Assembly (NCBI GenBank): GCA_030248215.1
Contig: JASANG010001737.1
Span: 186,001 to 250,000, forward strand
Direction of reading: 5' to 3'
Length of the DNA: 64,000 nt
From: Enoplolaimus lenunculus
Lineage: Eukaryota
Part shown: in pieces, positions 27,201-41,500 of the stretch
Layout: each line of letters begins with the position of its first letter
Position numbering within the stretch: position 1 is the first letter of the stretch
Notes under the pieces: model-generated
Told to the model about the DNA's origin: nothing
Seen by the model: only the letters and a program-made list of their open reading frames with translations
Database searches by the model: none
Program-made: the position numbers and the translations under genes

Positions 27201-29959
27201 ACCTGCAATTTTTCGAAGCGAAAATCTGGACTCAGAATTTTCAGCGAAAAAACCCGCACTATTAACCGGAATACCTGAACCAGGTCCCAGATGCAACTCT
27301 AATTTCTTGAAAGGCGGTTCTTTTGTAGCTCACTTCTGAACTGTGCAACGCAAGTACAAATTCTAGCGAAATACTGCAGCGACTCCAATAAGACATGGAT
27401 CCACATTTTGAGACCTGTACTTATAATAAGATAACCCTCATAAGAGATATTTAAGGGACGGTTACACAATGCAGCTCATGCATAACCAATTTAGGAACCT
27501 AAAACGTAGAATGATGCAGATTTACAAACAGCCTTTGTCCGAGGAATGTTCCTAGCGTGTTGCTTATTTGCTTGTAGTAGCTCCAGCTGGCTCTACTGTT
27601 GCTGTAGCTAAAAAGTTCGAAGGTTATGCTTACTTTTTAACCTTTTTTAACAAATTCGGATCCACGTTGTAGCACTCGCTTTGATGATCTATGGTGGTCA
27701 GCTTTAAGTTAAAAATTTATTTGACTTCCTAAATCAATAACTAAATAGTTTAGAAAATGGTCCTTGCAGTGACGTAGCCTGTAGCCTTCGTCCTGCATTG
27801 AGACATTTGTTCATCACAACAAATCTCCACAGTACAAATCTTATGCAGTGGAAAGCGCTTCTACAAAATCCTGGCGACACTCGTGGTTGCCTTTGCATTT
27901 TTGTTTCCTTTCCAAAAATCTTTGCATACTAACGGATTCTAAAATTTAAATTTTAGTATAAAGGGCGGAGAGAAGCGGAGAAACACTCGCGAGCGAAGCA
28001 AGCGATAACCGGAACAACAATTTAGCACTAAAGCAAATATAAATTCTTGGTTTGATTTTTGCTGGCAGGCCTCAGATCGGAGTGCCGTTGCTTGAATCCA
28101 TAAGTGCCCTTGGATTTAAAGTTAGGTATATCTTTATACTTTTTTCCGTTCCTTGCTGGTAAAAAATGAGCGAAGCTGAATGAATCGGACCAAATTCGGA
28201 ACCTCGACACCAAGCAATGTTTAACTCGGAACAGAGACAATATCGAATTGATAACTTAAAATGAGACATTTGGTAATCTGATTTCATGTACATCTACGTA
28301 AATTATTCATAAAAATGAAACCTGTTGATCTTAATTTTCCCTTCTTCAATTTGCTTTTTACGTACGACATGTGATAGTTGCCTTAAGGGACATGTAAGGA
28401 GTGTTTTGTCTCAAATAATTTAATACACGGGTAGCGTTTTGGAACTATGTTATGATTTAATTACCTAGTATATTTAAAATTTTGGTACGGTACAGATACT
28501 ATTGAGAATGTAGGCGCGAGATGCTAAAATCACTCGGCAATTTTTGCTGTAATAATTTATTCCGGGTATTTTGGACCGGGTATTTTTGTATATTAATACC
28601 AAGAGCGGATTATGCATACTTCAACAAGAGTATGCAACTGGGTACATTCTGTGTTGAAAAGAATGTACCCGGCACGCGTTGGGTTTTTGCCCAACCCCCC
28701 TTTGTTTCTTTGTTTAGAGGGGTGTACAACCGGCGCAAACCATGACACTATATTTATGCGGCATCAAACACGCTGCCCATATAGTTCATTTTATGGTATT
28801 CATGTGATAGCGACCCCCTCTGAACAAGGGGGTAAGCCAAAACGCAACGCCCGGTGGTACATTTTGTATCATGTGGAACCCCAAAAGTTTTGCATACTCT
28901 TGTTTACCCAGACCCGGAATGGTTTGTTGAGAAAACCTGGATCCGGTTTATACCTACAATTTTTCGAAGCGAAAATCTGGACTGAGAATTTTCAGCGAAA
29001 AAACCCGCACTATTAACCGGAATACCTGAACCAGGTCCCAGATGCAACTCTAATTTCTTGAAAGGCGGTTCTTTTGTAGCTCACTTCTGAACTGTGCAAC
29101 GCAAGTACAAATTCTAGCGAAATACTGCAGCGACTCCAATAAGACATGGATCCACATTTTGAGACCTGTACTTATAATAAGATAACCCTCATAAGAGATA
29201 TTTAAGGGACGGTTACACAATGCAGCTCATGCATAACCAATTTAGGAACCTAAAACGTAGAATGATGCAGATTTACAAACAGCCTTTGTCCGAGGAATGT
29301 TCCTAGCGTGTTGCTTATTTGCTTGTAGTAGCTCCAGCTGGCTCTACTGTTGCTGTAGCTAAAAAGTTCGAAGGTTATGCTTACTTTTTAACCTTTTTTA
29401 ACAAATTCGGATCCACGTTGTAGCACTCGCTTTGATGATCTATGGTGGTCAGCTTTAAGTTAAAAATTTATTTGACTTCCTAAATCAATAACTAAATAGT
29501 TTAGAAAATGGTCCTTGCAGTGACGTAGCCTGTAGCCTTCGTCCTGCATTGAGACATTTGTTCATCACAACAAATCTCCACAGTACAAATCTTATGCAGT
29601 GGAAAGCGCTTCTACAAAATCCTGGCGACACTCGTGGTTGCCTTTGCATTTTTGTTTCCTTTCCAAAAATCTTTGCATACTAACGGATTCTAAAATTTAA
29701 ATTTTAGTATAAAGGGCGGAGAGAAGCGGAGAAACACTCGCGAGCGAAGCAAGCGATAACCGGAACAACAATTTAGCACTAAAGCAAATATAAATTCTTG
29801 GTTTGATTTTTGCTGGCAGGCCTCAGATCGGAGTGCCGTTGCTTGAATCCATAAGTGCCCTTGGATTTAAAGTTAGGTATATCTTTATACTTTTTTCCGT
29901 TCCTTGCTGGTAAAAAATGAGCGAAGCTGAATGAATCGGACCAAATTCGGAACCTCGAC
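27201..29959. repeat. Direct duplication of ~1.0 kb (27201-28208 = 28952-29959)
   Basis: Near-identical sequence at offset 1751. Confidence 0.95.
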
Positions 29960-31600
29960 CTAAAGTTTTCTACAGTTCCGATGATCCGATTCTTTCAAAC
30001 TCGATACACTTTAAACGCAAAAATATTTACATACTACACCTAACATATAAAAATGAGTCATTATAAATCAATAAAATCAATGTAAAAACTGTATACTAAA
30101 AATCAACGCTGAGAGCTGTGTTGGGAAAATCGTCGCGAAAACTAGTTTTTTATAGGGCCAGATATGTTATGTTTTAAAGGTGGCAAACGGTAGAAATCCA
30201 CTAGCGGATCTAGAGTGGGGCGAGAGGACACACGACCCCCCGCCGTCAAAAAATTTTGTGATAAATGGTGATGTCCCCTACGTCAAAAATTTTTGGATCC
30301 ACCTCTGTTTGTTACAAGTATATATCAGAATAGACTAGGAAGTTAAGCTCCGGAAAATATCAGAACAGAGGCTTCTGACGCCTCTAAGAGGTTAGATAAA
30401 ATTTAATCCGAACGAAACATTCTACAAAACTGCATGTTTAGCTTTTAGAAGGTCTAGGTTCAGATACAAACAAACGGCACAAAGCATTGTTCGGTACCTA
30501 TTTGAAGGTAACTTTATCTTTTTTGACCCATGTTGCGCAATTTATCAGTTTCAGTGTATTAAACTTCAAACACAAGCTCAGCATCTGTCACGTGTTATAT
30601 TTTTCAGCAATATGATTTTTATTAAAAGAAATCGCAATTTCCAGTGGCGTGCATAGGATTTTCCTGTCAGAGTGGATATTTCAGTGTTCGGCCTCATCAT
30701 CGATCATGAAAGTGCATAAAGGACATGCCCTGGTTCTGTCTGGTGTTGCCATTGGCTGTAAATGTCCCATACAGCTTCAGGGTACTGCCCTAGTGTCTAG
30801 ATGTGAAACCCTCTGTTACCAATACAAATGTTTTTTACGAAACAACAAATAGAAACTAGTAAAACTCCGAAATCTCGACATTGCATTTTGTTTGGTACCT
30901 TTTTTGTATATGGCAGGTTCCTGGTAGAATATGCAGGTATTCTATGTTAACAACTTAGAGTATAGCCTTGGGGCTCTGCCTCAAATCTTAAAATAGGACC
31001 CGGGTTTAAAGCACCTGAAACCGTAAACTCAGGTTTTAAATTGCCTAGCAAGTAGTTGTGAATTAGGAAATAGCATATTCAGGAATGTACAGCGAAAAAG
31101 GTTCGTAGAATTTAGACATCTGAGTATCGAAATAATTTTAAGAAACCTGCCTGTGTTCGATCCACGTCCCGAACAAAAGTCATATCTTATACGGCGATTG
31201 AGTGATACAAATATGCTCTTAATCCACCTCCCCCTGGATGGGATTGGCTGCTCTCCGATTCATTTTTGCCATGCAAGGCCATGTTTCATCCTAAACCACC
31301 AAAAATCGATGGGCGCGCGCGGTTTTTAAATGCTGTGCTGAAAAACAAATACTAAATTCACTAAATATAAGTAGTTGTAAGCCAGTTCGAAACGCGGGAA
31401 TACTAAAAAATCAATAAAAAATCAATAATTCGATATTGCAACAATGCCGAGTGAACATTCGAACATTTAATGTGCGGAAAAAAGTAATTTTGTGAAGGGT
31501 AGGTATTTGTACGAAAACATTAATATTAAAGTTGCCGGTTGGGTATATTCCGGATTAAAATTTTTTAAATTTTTGACGGGAATGGGCTGGCAAAAATTAA

Positions 31601-31774
31601 GGGCCCATCTATAGAAGAGAGCCAGATTGTTTTCCGGCGGGGCTGTAAAATAGAGTCAGTTTAAGCTTTGGTCTAACTTTTTTTGCTTTGACTTAGGCTT
31701 AGGCTTAGGAGTAGGCTGAACTTAGGCTTAGGAATATGCTTATACTACTGTTCCGGCTCTGTTCTATACTTGGG
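31601..31774. mobile_element. MITE family B carrying internal TTAGGC repeats
   Basis: gggcccatctatagaagagagcc / ggctctgttctatacttgggc TIRs. Relatives at 47802-48006, 20800-20878, 21180-21240, 58640-58780 and within the 15.7-16.9 kb array. Confidence 0.7.
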
Positions 31775-32571
31775 CAAAATTATGAAACCCAATTTTTTAC
31801 TGTGTTGTATATGTGTGAGTTTTCTGAGGGGAAAATAGTGAGGAAGGGACCTTACTATTTCTCACAAAAAATTTTCTGACAGGTTCGAATGTGTTGACAA
31901 TTACTGTCTGGATACTACTGGAAGACTTTCAGGTTTACAACTCGGTCCATTTTTTGTCGCTTCTTCTCTTGTTGCGTGCGACGTTCCAGCTAGAAATTCT
32001 CCCCGCCAAAAATTCGCCACTATGGCACGTAAAAAGTACTTTTGGTTGATCGTTTATATTCGCTCAGTACCGTGCTTTGTAAAGCTCCCCACTGACGCCA
32101 GTGTTTTAGGAGCCCCAAAAAACAATTTCGTACGCCTTTAGTTTAATTGTGAGGCAACCGGCCTGAGAATTTTTTGACGGTCAAATTTTTATTGACTCGT
32201 AAACAACAGTCTTGGTGCAGAGTTTAGTACAAGGATAAAATTTAATTTAAATTAAGTTTTTAAATTTAGTGTATTTTGTGAACGGATCGCAGGGTGTTAA
32301 GGAATCCCATTTTGGGAATATACCGGACGCAATGAATGCCACTGGACTTGGACCGCTTAAATTCTTTAGACTTCTAGCTTGTTTATTTTTAAAATGTAAA
32401 TTTGGTTTGAGCATACATCGATTTTTATTTTGTGTTCGTGCAAAATATCGTGTGGAAACATTCACAAACTGCATTTTGCACACTATAGATTTCAAATGTA
32501 AAAAACATCCGCTCAAATTGTGATTTTAAATTTTGGCGCTGGCGCTTCGTTTTATTTCTAAAGTTTTCAGA

Positions 32572-35500
32572 ATGGCGTAAGCGGTTGAGTTGAAGGTTTT
32601 TCATCACGGTGCAACAGGAGATAAAATACTATGAAAGCTCTAGTCAATACACAGCTGCAAGTCGAGTTAAATCCATCTTATCGCAAATTTACGGCTTGAA
32701 GCGCATACACGAGGTATGTTCCGCCACTGATTATTTTGGTAAAACAAAAATCACTACAATGAATTGACTTTAACCAAAGGTACAATACTCACGCTCAAGT
32801 AAAAATCAGCACCTCATCAACTCATAAAAGATTAAACGGCATAACTCACAATTTTTCATGACAAATATGCTGCAGTTGTTTGTGATACGAAGTAAAAATT
32901 ATGAAATTCATCTAAAATATTGAAAAATTTCCGTGCATCCGCCGTCGTTTTCTCGAATTTAAATAATGCCCGGTGAATATTAGCATCATTGAATTGAGTT
33001 GCCAGAAAAATATGACCTCTATCCGTTTCCGTTATATTTTGTTCGCTATCCGTTTCCGTTATTTTTACTATTCGCTTACATCCTGGTTGCTATGGGTTTC
33101 ATTTTTTCTATATTTTTTCAAAGCAGTCATTTTTAATGCTGCCAAAACTCGCTAGGAACTGGATAAACGAGGAGGTGAATTTTGATGAGGTATGCTTTGC
33201 AATTTCTTTTAGATATCGGCATATTTACAGGCAAATATATACATAAATATTGCTTGTGTGTTTGAGATGTCTCAACAGTCTCTTTGTGAAGCTGAAGACG
33301 CAGTTTCAGGTACCGTATACCTTTTATCTAGTTCTGCACTGTACGACAAGGCCCCTAAATTTGTTAAATGACATACCGCGGTGCTTATTTGCTTATTGTG
33401 CAGCGCTGTTCGTTACCGCGACGCACATAGTAAACCATAATCATACAACACTACGAAAACTCCTCCAATGAAATTTTTTGTTTGCTGATCTGGTAGGAGA
33501 TAGAAGTTGTATATATATTTTGTTCTTTCAAATAGCAACTTACTCGTTCAACCTAAAGCGAGCTTTCCCCTTAGTCCGATGGAAACAATCTCAAGTTAAG
33601 TTTACAACAACTCGTAGCCAGTTCAAAATGCTCAGAGGTTCTAAAATTTCAAGTTGAAACTTAACCCCACCCTGGCCTTGCTATTCATACGAGCCTGGAT
33701 TACAAATTTAAGCGTATGTGCTTTAACACAATCCCAAAAAATAAATATATAAGCGCCACACAGAATGGTCTAACTTTTTCAGAATCAAAGTCAAGCGAAA
33801 CTTCAATTCTTTCCAGTCAGTCAACTTCAGAAACTGAACCTAGTCAGTCAACGTCTAACCCGACCGATTCCGATACTTCGTCATTTTTGCAGCACTGCCA
33901 AGTCGACAGGAAAATGCATACGATCGTTAAAAGCAGAGAGAATCGCGCCAAATTAAATACCAAACGATATGTGAGATTTAATACGTTTTATGTGTTATAC
34001 CGAAACAGTGGCAGCTTGGATATTGACTGAAAGGACCCATTGTAAAAATATACGTAGCGGAGGAAATTTAATGAGCGGAGCGAGCGCAGAGCCAAAACTT
34101 AACCGGAATAGCGCCGTAGAAAAAACATTTTATTAACAAGGCTTGGGTTAGTCTTAGTGTTATGTATATACGCCTTTTCCAAAACGTAAGGCTAATTCTT
34201 AACCTATACGTAACCCTGAGCCAAGGTAGAACCGGATATAAACTTACCGAGTACCTGAACCAGAATCTGATATTTAACACAAATATTGCACGTAAATATA
34301 AAAATGTTGGAAGTAATTGATTCACGCAAAAGTGTATATGTCTGCAGAATTAAAATTAATTGTTAGCTTAGTCTTTTTGTTTTATTTGGTGAATAAATAA
34401 CACAATAGCTTTATTGCCCAAAAAAGTACTCGCAATTGTTCGCTTGCCAAAAACAGCTTTATTGTATACGGGACAACAACCGTAAAAATCCAGTATCCGG
34501 TAGGTTAATTAATACGAGATAATGGAATCGGATACAGAAATTGTTTTTGGCGAATGTTAAACAGGAGCCGGATATCCGGTCGAACACTGGTTTTGCTTAT
34601 CACTTTCTTTTCAGATTGACGTTGGCCACAGTAGCTTCTGGTCTGGTGATTTCTTTAACGAGGACATGCTTGATAGTTTAATTGGATCGCTTAACTTCGG
34701 TCCATACAACGAACATACCGGTGTCTACCAGGCTCAGGCGTACATGCTGGGAGAAGAATACACGCTTTCAAGACGTTTTTTTGATTTATTTCCTGACAAA
34801 AAAGCGAGATACGCCATCATCAATGTTCTGTGCAAACAGGAAGGCGATGAAGGAAGTCAGTTAAGAAACAGAGAAAAACTGGAGATTCTTACGTCAAATC
34901 CGACCCGTCTGGCGTTCTATCTGGCGACTTCAATGAGAAATGCTATTGAATCAATCATTACCTGCCGATGCAGGAAGTAAATATGTATTTAACATTACAT
35001 ACTATTTACCAACTTTCATAAAACAAATTTTGGCCCTTGTACTCTTCCCCCACATTTAATTCTGAACTTTAGGCTTGGCTTCGATATATCATAAACCTGT
35101 GCAAGAGCCGACAATAAATCGTTTAATCATTGTGTTTATTAGCGCTCCGTCGTGATACGCCACTAGTTTTTGTACAACTCAAGGCTCTTGCACATTCACC
35201 GTTCGCCCAATATTTAAAGGGAAACGACTAAGCTTAGACTCAGACTTAAAGGCTGCTGTACATGCTAAACACATGTCTAGGGTATAAAGGCAAGCTTATG
35301 CTTAGGCTTAGCTTTACGAAATGGCTCGCATATGCTAAACTGGGTCAAAACCTTGACCCAAGTCTATGATTTAATCTGAAATTAAAGGGAAAGTGTACCT
35401 CATGCTGCCTAAGGCAACGCTTAAGATGAGGCATTAAACGATGCGTGCCCGTTAAAAGGCTCTTTATTTTAGCAGAAGTGGCAGTTGTTTCATGGTTTGT

Positions 35501-38500
35501 TTTTGCTGCAATGTTTATTGCTTGTCTATTATGGACTATAAGGGCTTTCTTAATGTTGTTAAAGTTCTGTATTTTTTGTCCCTGCATTTTTCCTTGCAGG
35601 CACAAGAAAACTAAAAAACTTGCAAATCTCAGCAAAGCTGTAAATCAGCATATAGAACTCTGTATGACCGCTGATTTAGCAACCTTGATTAATGAAGATC
35701 CCAATTCTCCTGCAACAATTGCGCTCAGAAATGACTTGCACGATGCAACGCGATGTATATTGAAACATGCCAGAAAGCCTGTAAGTTTATATATTTTGTT
35801 TCGACTGTTGTAGCTCATTATAAAGTTATTGCTATTCTGTCTGCAAGGAAACAAGGATTTTCCCTTCCCTTGGTGTACATATGTAATATCTTGAATTTTA
35901 CCGGCTGTGTTGCAAAGATACAGATACATGGGTATAGTGACAACTCATCTCTAGACAACTGGTCAACCGACAGCTCATAACCAGAATTGTCGTCGATCCC
36001 GGCAACTCGGCTTTAGCAGAAGCTTATGTTTACGTTGTGAGGCAAAGTAGTCGGGCGACGAATTGTTGTAGATTCAGAGATAAATACGTGGAACTTATGT
36101 GTATATTTTAGAGAGTTCCGTCGCAAAACAAAAAACGTTGTTTGAAATGCAAGTGTAAGGTAAACCTCATCTTCGGGTGCTTTATAGTTTTATCAGCTAT
36201 ATGATAACCCTTTACAAGCGCATGCACTGGACACAACATGCCGTTGAGAATACTGTGGGTACTTTGTGTTTTGGTTAGTAGTCTAAATTTTTATTCTTGA
36301 GGTTTGTTGAGTTTTACCAGTGTTTCTTTTATACATACTTTTCGGAGTAAAACGTACAATTTGTTTAGTTTTCTGTGTTTTAAAAGCAGCATGATACTTA
36401 TAGTGTCGTAGATTTAGATCAACCATATTTCTAAGCGTAGTCGTAAGCCTTAGTGCAAAATATGGTGATGTTTAGTCCTACTTTTTTGCAGTTCATCAAA
36501 ACGCGGGATTTTGTAGTCTCAAAAATGACATGTGACAAATTACTTCCTATCCAACTTTGATTAAAATCAGTTGTTTTATTTTATAGGAATTTTTGTTTAC
36601 CAACATAATCAGTGGTGGCAAATACCTCGTGTAATTTTGCGCTTCAAGCCGTAAATTTGCGATAAGATGGATTTAACTCGACTTGCAGCTGTGTATTGAC
36701 TAGAGCTTTCATCAACTATATACAGTTGGTATTAATAAACTAAATTTATTTAAAACAGAGATTAAATTGGGTAATCTACTAATCTCACTTGTCTTAATGT
36801 GACTCCCCAGATAAAATTTGACCTGAAAATCATTTTTTACAGATGGAAATGACAGAGATTCACTTTGGAGTTTATTTTTAGGGAAGTCATTTTTTCACGC
36901 GGCATCGGCTCTACAAGTATTAAACAGGGGCCAAAGCATGCAAGCTATTTTAGGCGCAGAATGAAAACAAAGAAAACGTCAAATCAAATCGTGTGGAAAC
37001 AAATGTTAGTAAAAAAGTTGGTAATAATAGTGTAGGTATATTTAAATAGGCAATCATTCTAAACCTAGTTAAAGCACAGAACATCGATGCCGAGAGTTTC
37101 GGTGCGACTCTTATTTATTCCGTACGTAATCAGAAATATACACTGCTTGTGGAAAGCTTTACCTCTGTACTGGTATTTCTTGCGAGTAAAAATTTCAGTT
37201 GGGAACTGTAGAAGTGTTTACAATTTCTAGTCTTAATATTTTGTTTGCAATAATTGTTCTATCTTCTAGATGACGGACGAAAACCAAAAAGCCCAAAATG
37301 GAAAGCGCAAGGCAGCTGCCATGAGTACCAATATTACAGGCCAGTCGACAGAAGAACCAGATAATTTCCCTGGACATCCGCTTGGCGTATCGAACAAAAT
37401 AAATTGTGTAGGCATTAAATTTTATTTGTCCCGCCTTGATTTTGCAAGAAAACGGTGGGGTTAGCACACTCTTACTTTAACGAGCAGGATTTGAAATCGT
37501 TTTTTTCTTGAGCTTTTCTTTGCATTTGGGATAAAACTTGAAGCCAGACACTTAGAGTTCGTTTCATTGGTTGACATTGCCCAGCTGGTATAGGCGAGCA
37601 ACGGCTTTTGGAATATTTGATGTGAAAATTGTCCGGATATGTATATAAAAAGATATACACCCGTTTATCGATATATCCGGATATCTAGAGCAAAAAACTG
37701 TTCAGTCAATCTAACAAAGGTACATACATAAAATCTAAAGATATAAAAATTTCTAGTTATTTTACGGTATATAAAGGTTCGTTTTACGTTTTAGGAAGCT
37801 TCATTTGGAGCGAGTAGAAAACTAAAACAAGCGCTTTCAGTAATGCATCTTCCACAATAAAAAATTTATACAGGGCGTTGAAAACAAAAAAATCAATTCC
37901 ACATCACTATGCAAAACGATGTTTGACTTTATGAGTATTGTATATTTATTTTTTACGCAATTCGATAAATATAAGCATGTTTGTTAAATTTCAAATTTTC
38001 TGTGTTGTTAAAATTTTACTAAAAATATAAAGACAATTCCTTAAACCAAACTGAATTCGAAAATACAATTTTACCCGTCTGAATTTTTTAGTTTTGTAAA
38101 GCTTGAGCTACCTGGAGGTAAAATTGTGAGCCGTATTTCTTTGTAGACGACTTCATTGAATGCCACAAACACGCGCTGTGTAGTACGACATCCACGTTTC
38201 TATCGGTGTTTCAAAGAGGAATTTCATGTTTAAATTTGATACTCATTTACACCAAACTCAAAAATGTGCAAAAACAGTTAATATTTTGAATCCATACGTC
38301 GTGTGTTACGGAAAAATTTGTTACCCCGGAAATATTGTCGCCCGGACAAAATTCTTTGAAACAACCGAAAAATTTCCACCCACGGTAAACGTTGGCCTAT
38401 TAATAGTCATTTTATGATCGCCTAAAAGTACCATTTGTTTTTGTGCATACGTATTTGAACAGACATGTTTAATTACATGTTTAGTAAAAACATTTATGAA

Positions 38501-41500
38501 TTGATATAAGCAGAACTAAGATTATAAGCCAAAAGTGAAACGATATGTAAACTCTTTCAGTTAAAAATTTGATGATAGAAATTGCTAAAAATAAAAAATC
38601 GGATAGTTTCGTAATTAATTTCTCGTTTTCAACGCTCTGTACACATGTTGTGGAGGATATAAATCATTGTGCCAGGCATTGCAACAGCTTATCGCCAGAT
38701 AATTTGTCGATAAACAACTCTTATTGTAGATTGCAACAAGTCGTTAACCTGACGATAACTCGTCGGTTCCACAATTATAGGCTCATCTTAGGCGGGTCGT
38801 ACAGCTCGAAGTAACGTCGGGCTACGACTTGATGGTCGACGAGTTGTAGATTCGAATCATCCATCTTAAGCATGATAAAAATTTGATAAAAGTAGTCTAT
38901 CAATGTATCATCGTACTTTATCTCCAACTAGTCTAGTTTCCAACTTAAGTTTACACGTTTGTAAACTCTTGAGGCACCGGAAAATAACAAGGAAAATATT
39001 CAACCGCTTCGAAAAAAACGGACTATGGAAACGAATCATGTGGTTAAAGGCAAGACGACCGAATCGTTGAGTACAAACATTCCATTTTGCGCATCCAACA
39101 AGCAAAACTCTGTGAGCGTCGTTTTTAGTTCCGATTTTTCGTTCGCAACACGTGATGTTTATGTTTTATATATGTGTTGTTTGAAATGTATGCGTATGCT
39201 ATACTGGCAAATAAAGCATTTCCTACATATAAAAAGAATAAAATACATGTAATGTACGCATTTGTTATGTACTCTTATTGTTTATTAATAGCAAATTATT
39301 GACGATGCTGCGTTTGAGATCCAGATGGACCGAATTGTGAAGTGCCAACAATCAACGGACGATTTTGGTATGTATAGTTAAAAATTGTAATTTGCATGAA
39401 TGCCCTTTTGATTTTGTCCTCTGTCCAGACTAAATAGTTAGCCATCCATCTGAATATTTGGCCCCCGCCCCGCACCAGATCCGGCATTACTATAACCGGG
39501 CCCCCAAACAAGTGCCAAGGGCACCAATAAAATGTTTTAAACTGTATAACTTCATGATAAGGAAAAAATATTTTTGTTTGCCAAAGTGGCGCCCATAAGA
39601 GTCGAGGTCCACCCAAATGGTGGGTTTGGGGGGGCATCTGCCGGCACTGCCCCTTAAGATATGATTGTACCTGGACATTGTGGCATGTAGATATTCGGCG
39701 ACACCATTCAAAGTTTCCGCCCTAAATATGATTGAATAGCAACCGCGTCAAGTTCTTTCAACAAAAATCTCAACAGAGCATGCCCGCTAAACTTTAATGT
39801 TGCATCTGGAATTTTTAGTGGATTTAAACAGAGCATATTAATAACAAACTTTTTTATGTTTGAATAATTTTTATACGCTTATACAAGGATGGGCGGTCGT
39901 GATCTTGGTTTTGGTGGAATGGAGAGGGGCGAAATCTAGGGACTTGCCATTTTACACCAAATTAAGAATTAGGGTGGGACCCTTTCCTCCTCTAGGTACG
40001 CTCAACAGCAACGTACCTCCATCCATGTTACCTGTGTAAGAAGAAGGTATATAAATTCAATACTGTTTTATGGCCAATTCTACTGAATTCTGTTTTGACA
40101 ACAAGTGTTGCTAAGCTATAGTTTCATAAGTAATGTGTGAAAAGTGTGTGTGAACATTTTTATACGGCCTCCGTTTAACCCTGGAAAATTTAATTTAGCT
40201 ATCACCTTAAACCCTTAAGGTAACACTTGACAATGAAATCTACGAATATTCGCTAATAAAGTGACCGTATTACACATTTTAACTATGGATAAGAGTTTTA
40301 CTGTTTGTTAAATAAAAACCACGCACAGTATATATACGAACTGCGAATCAAGCCGCCGTTAAATTATAGGTCTTCCAAAAGTTACTGTGAACCACAAAAA
40401 AGCAATGAAATCTGTTCCAGGATGGTCAAATTACCTTCAAAACAAAAGGCGCTTAAAAAAACAGGTATTTGTATATCTTTCAACAGTTAATGAATAAGTT
40501 TGCGCTGGCATCACCGCAATTCGACGCCTGTCATCTCGTCGACCTACAATTTATAACCCAAAGGATCGCCGACCCCATATTTCTCCAAATCTACATCCCA
40601 AAACCAATCAGTAGGTGTTAACACCCGTCACCAGACCAGGCAAGTGGTGTCCACTAGATATCGGAGACAAAAGTGTTGGGGTCGGCAACATATCGGGTTA
40701 ATACGAGTTATTGGTTGATGAACTGCTGATGAAGAGTTCTTGTAGATTCATGTGCAGTATAGAACTACACGAACGTTGCAGTACATGATTAAGACTGGTT
40801 TTATGTGTCTCTACGGCAATCGGTTTGAAGAATGTGTTTAATTTGTTTTTTGTTTCGATGGCAAGGCCTTTCTACACACGGCTCTATCATCAAAATTTTG
40901 TACATCCCCGCCGGTATTCGTAGAAATTTTTTGTACACACTTCAGAAAACTGACAGCTTGGATAAAGTGATAGGAACACAAGCAGATAAATCGTCCAAGC
41001 CATCGCCGTATTCTCAGCAGTATGGTCTTGGAGAACATGCTGAACAAAACGATCCTGGAGCGCAAACTGAACGAAATGGTCCTGGAGAGCAAACCGAACA
41101 GAATGGTCCTGGAAAGCAAGCCGAACATAATGGTCCTGGAGAGCAAGCCGAACCTAATGGTCCTGGAGAGCAAGCCGAACATAATGGTCCTGGAGAGCAA
41201 GCCGAACCTAATGGTCCTGGAGAGCAAGCCGAACATAATGGTCCTGGAGAGCAAGCCGAACCTAATGGTCCTGGAGAGCAAGCCGAACATAATGGTCCTG
41301 GAGAGCAAGCCGAACCTAATGGTCCTGGAGAGCAAGCCGAACCTAATGGTCCTGGAGAGCAAGCCGAACCTAATGGTCCTGGAGAGCAAGCCGAACATAA
41401 TGGTCCTGGAGAGCACGCTGAAAAAAACAACCCTGCAGATAAAACTGAGCAGAATGGTTTTGAATGGCAGGCTGAACAGAATGGCTTTTTAGAGCAAGCT

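Noticed and set aside
40838..41492. Overlapping ORFs in other frames or strand (LLSRTI.., SPGPL.., MVLESKP..)
   Set aside because: Shadows of the 27-bp repeat; only the GPGEQAE frame is in phase with the flanking exons.
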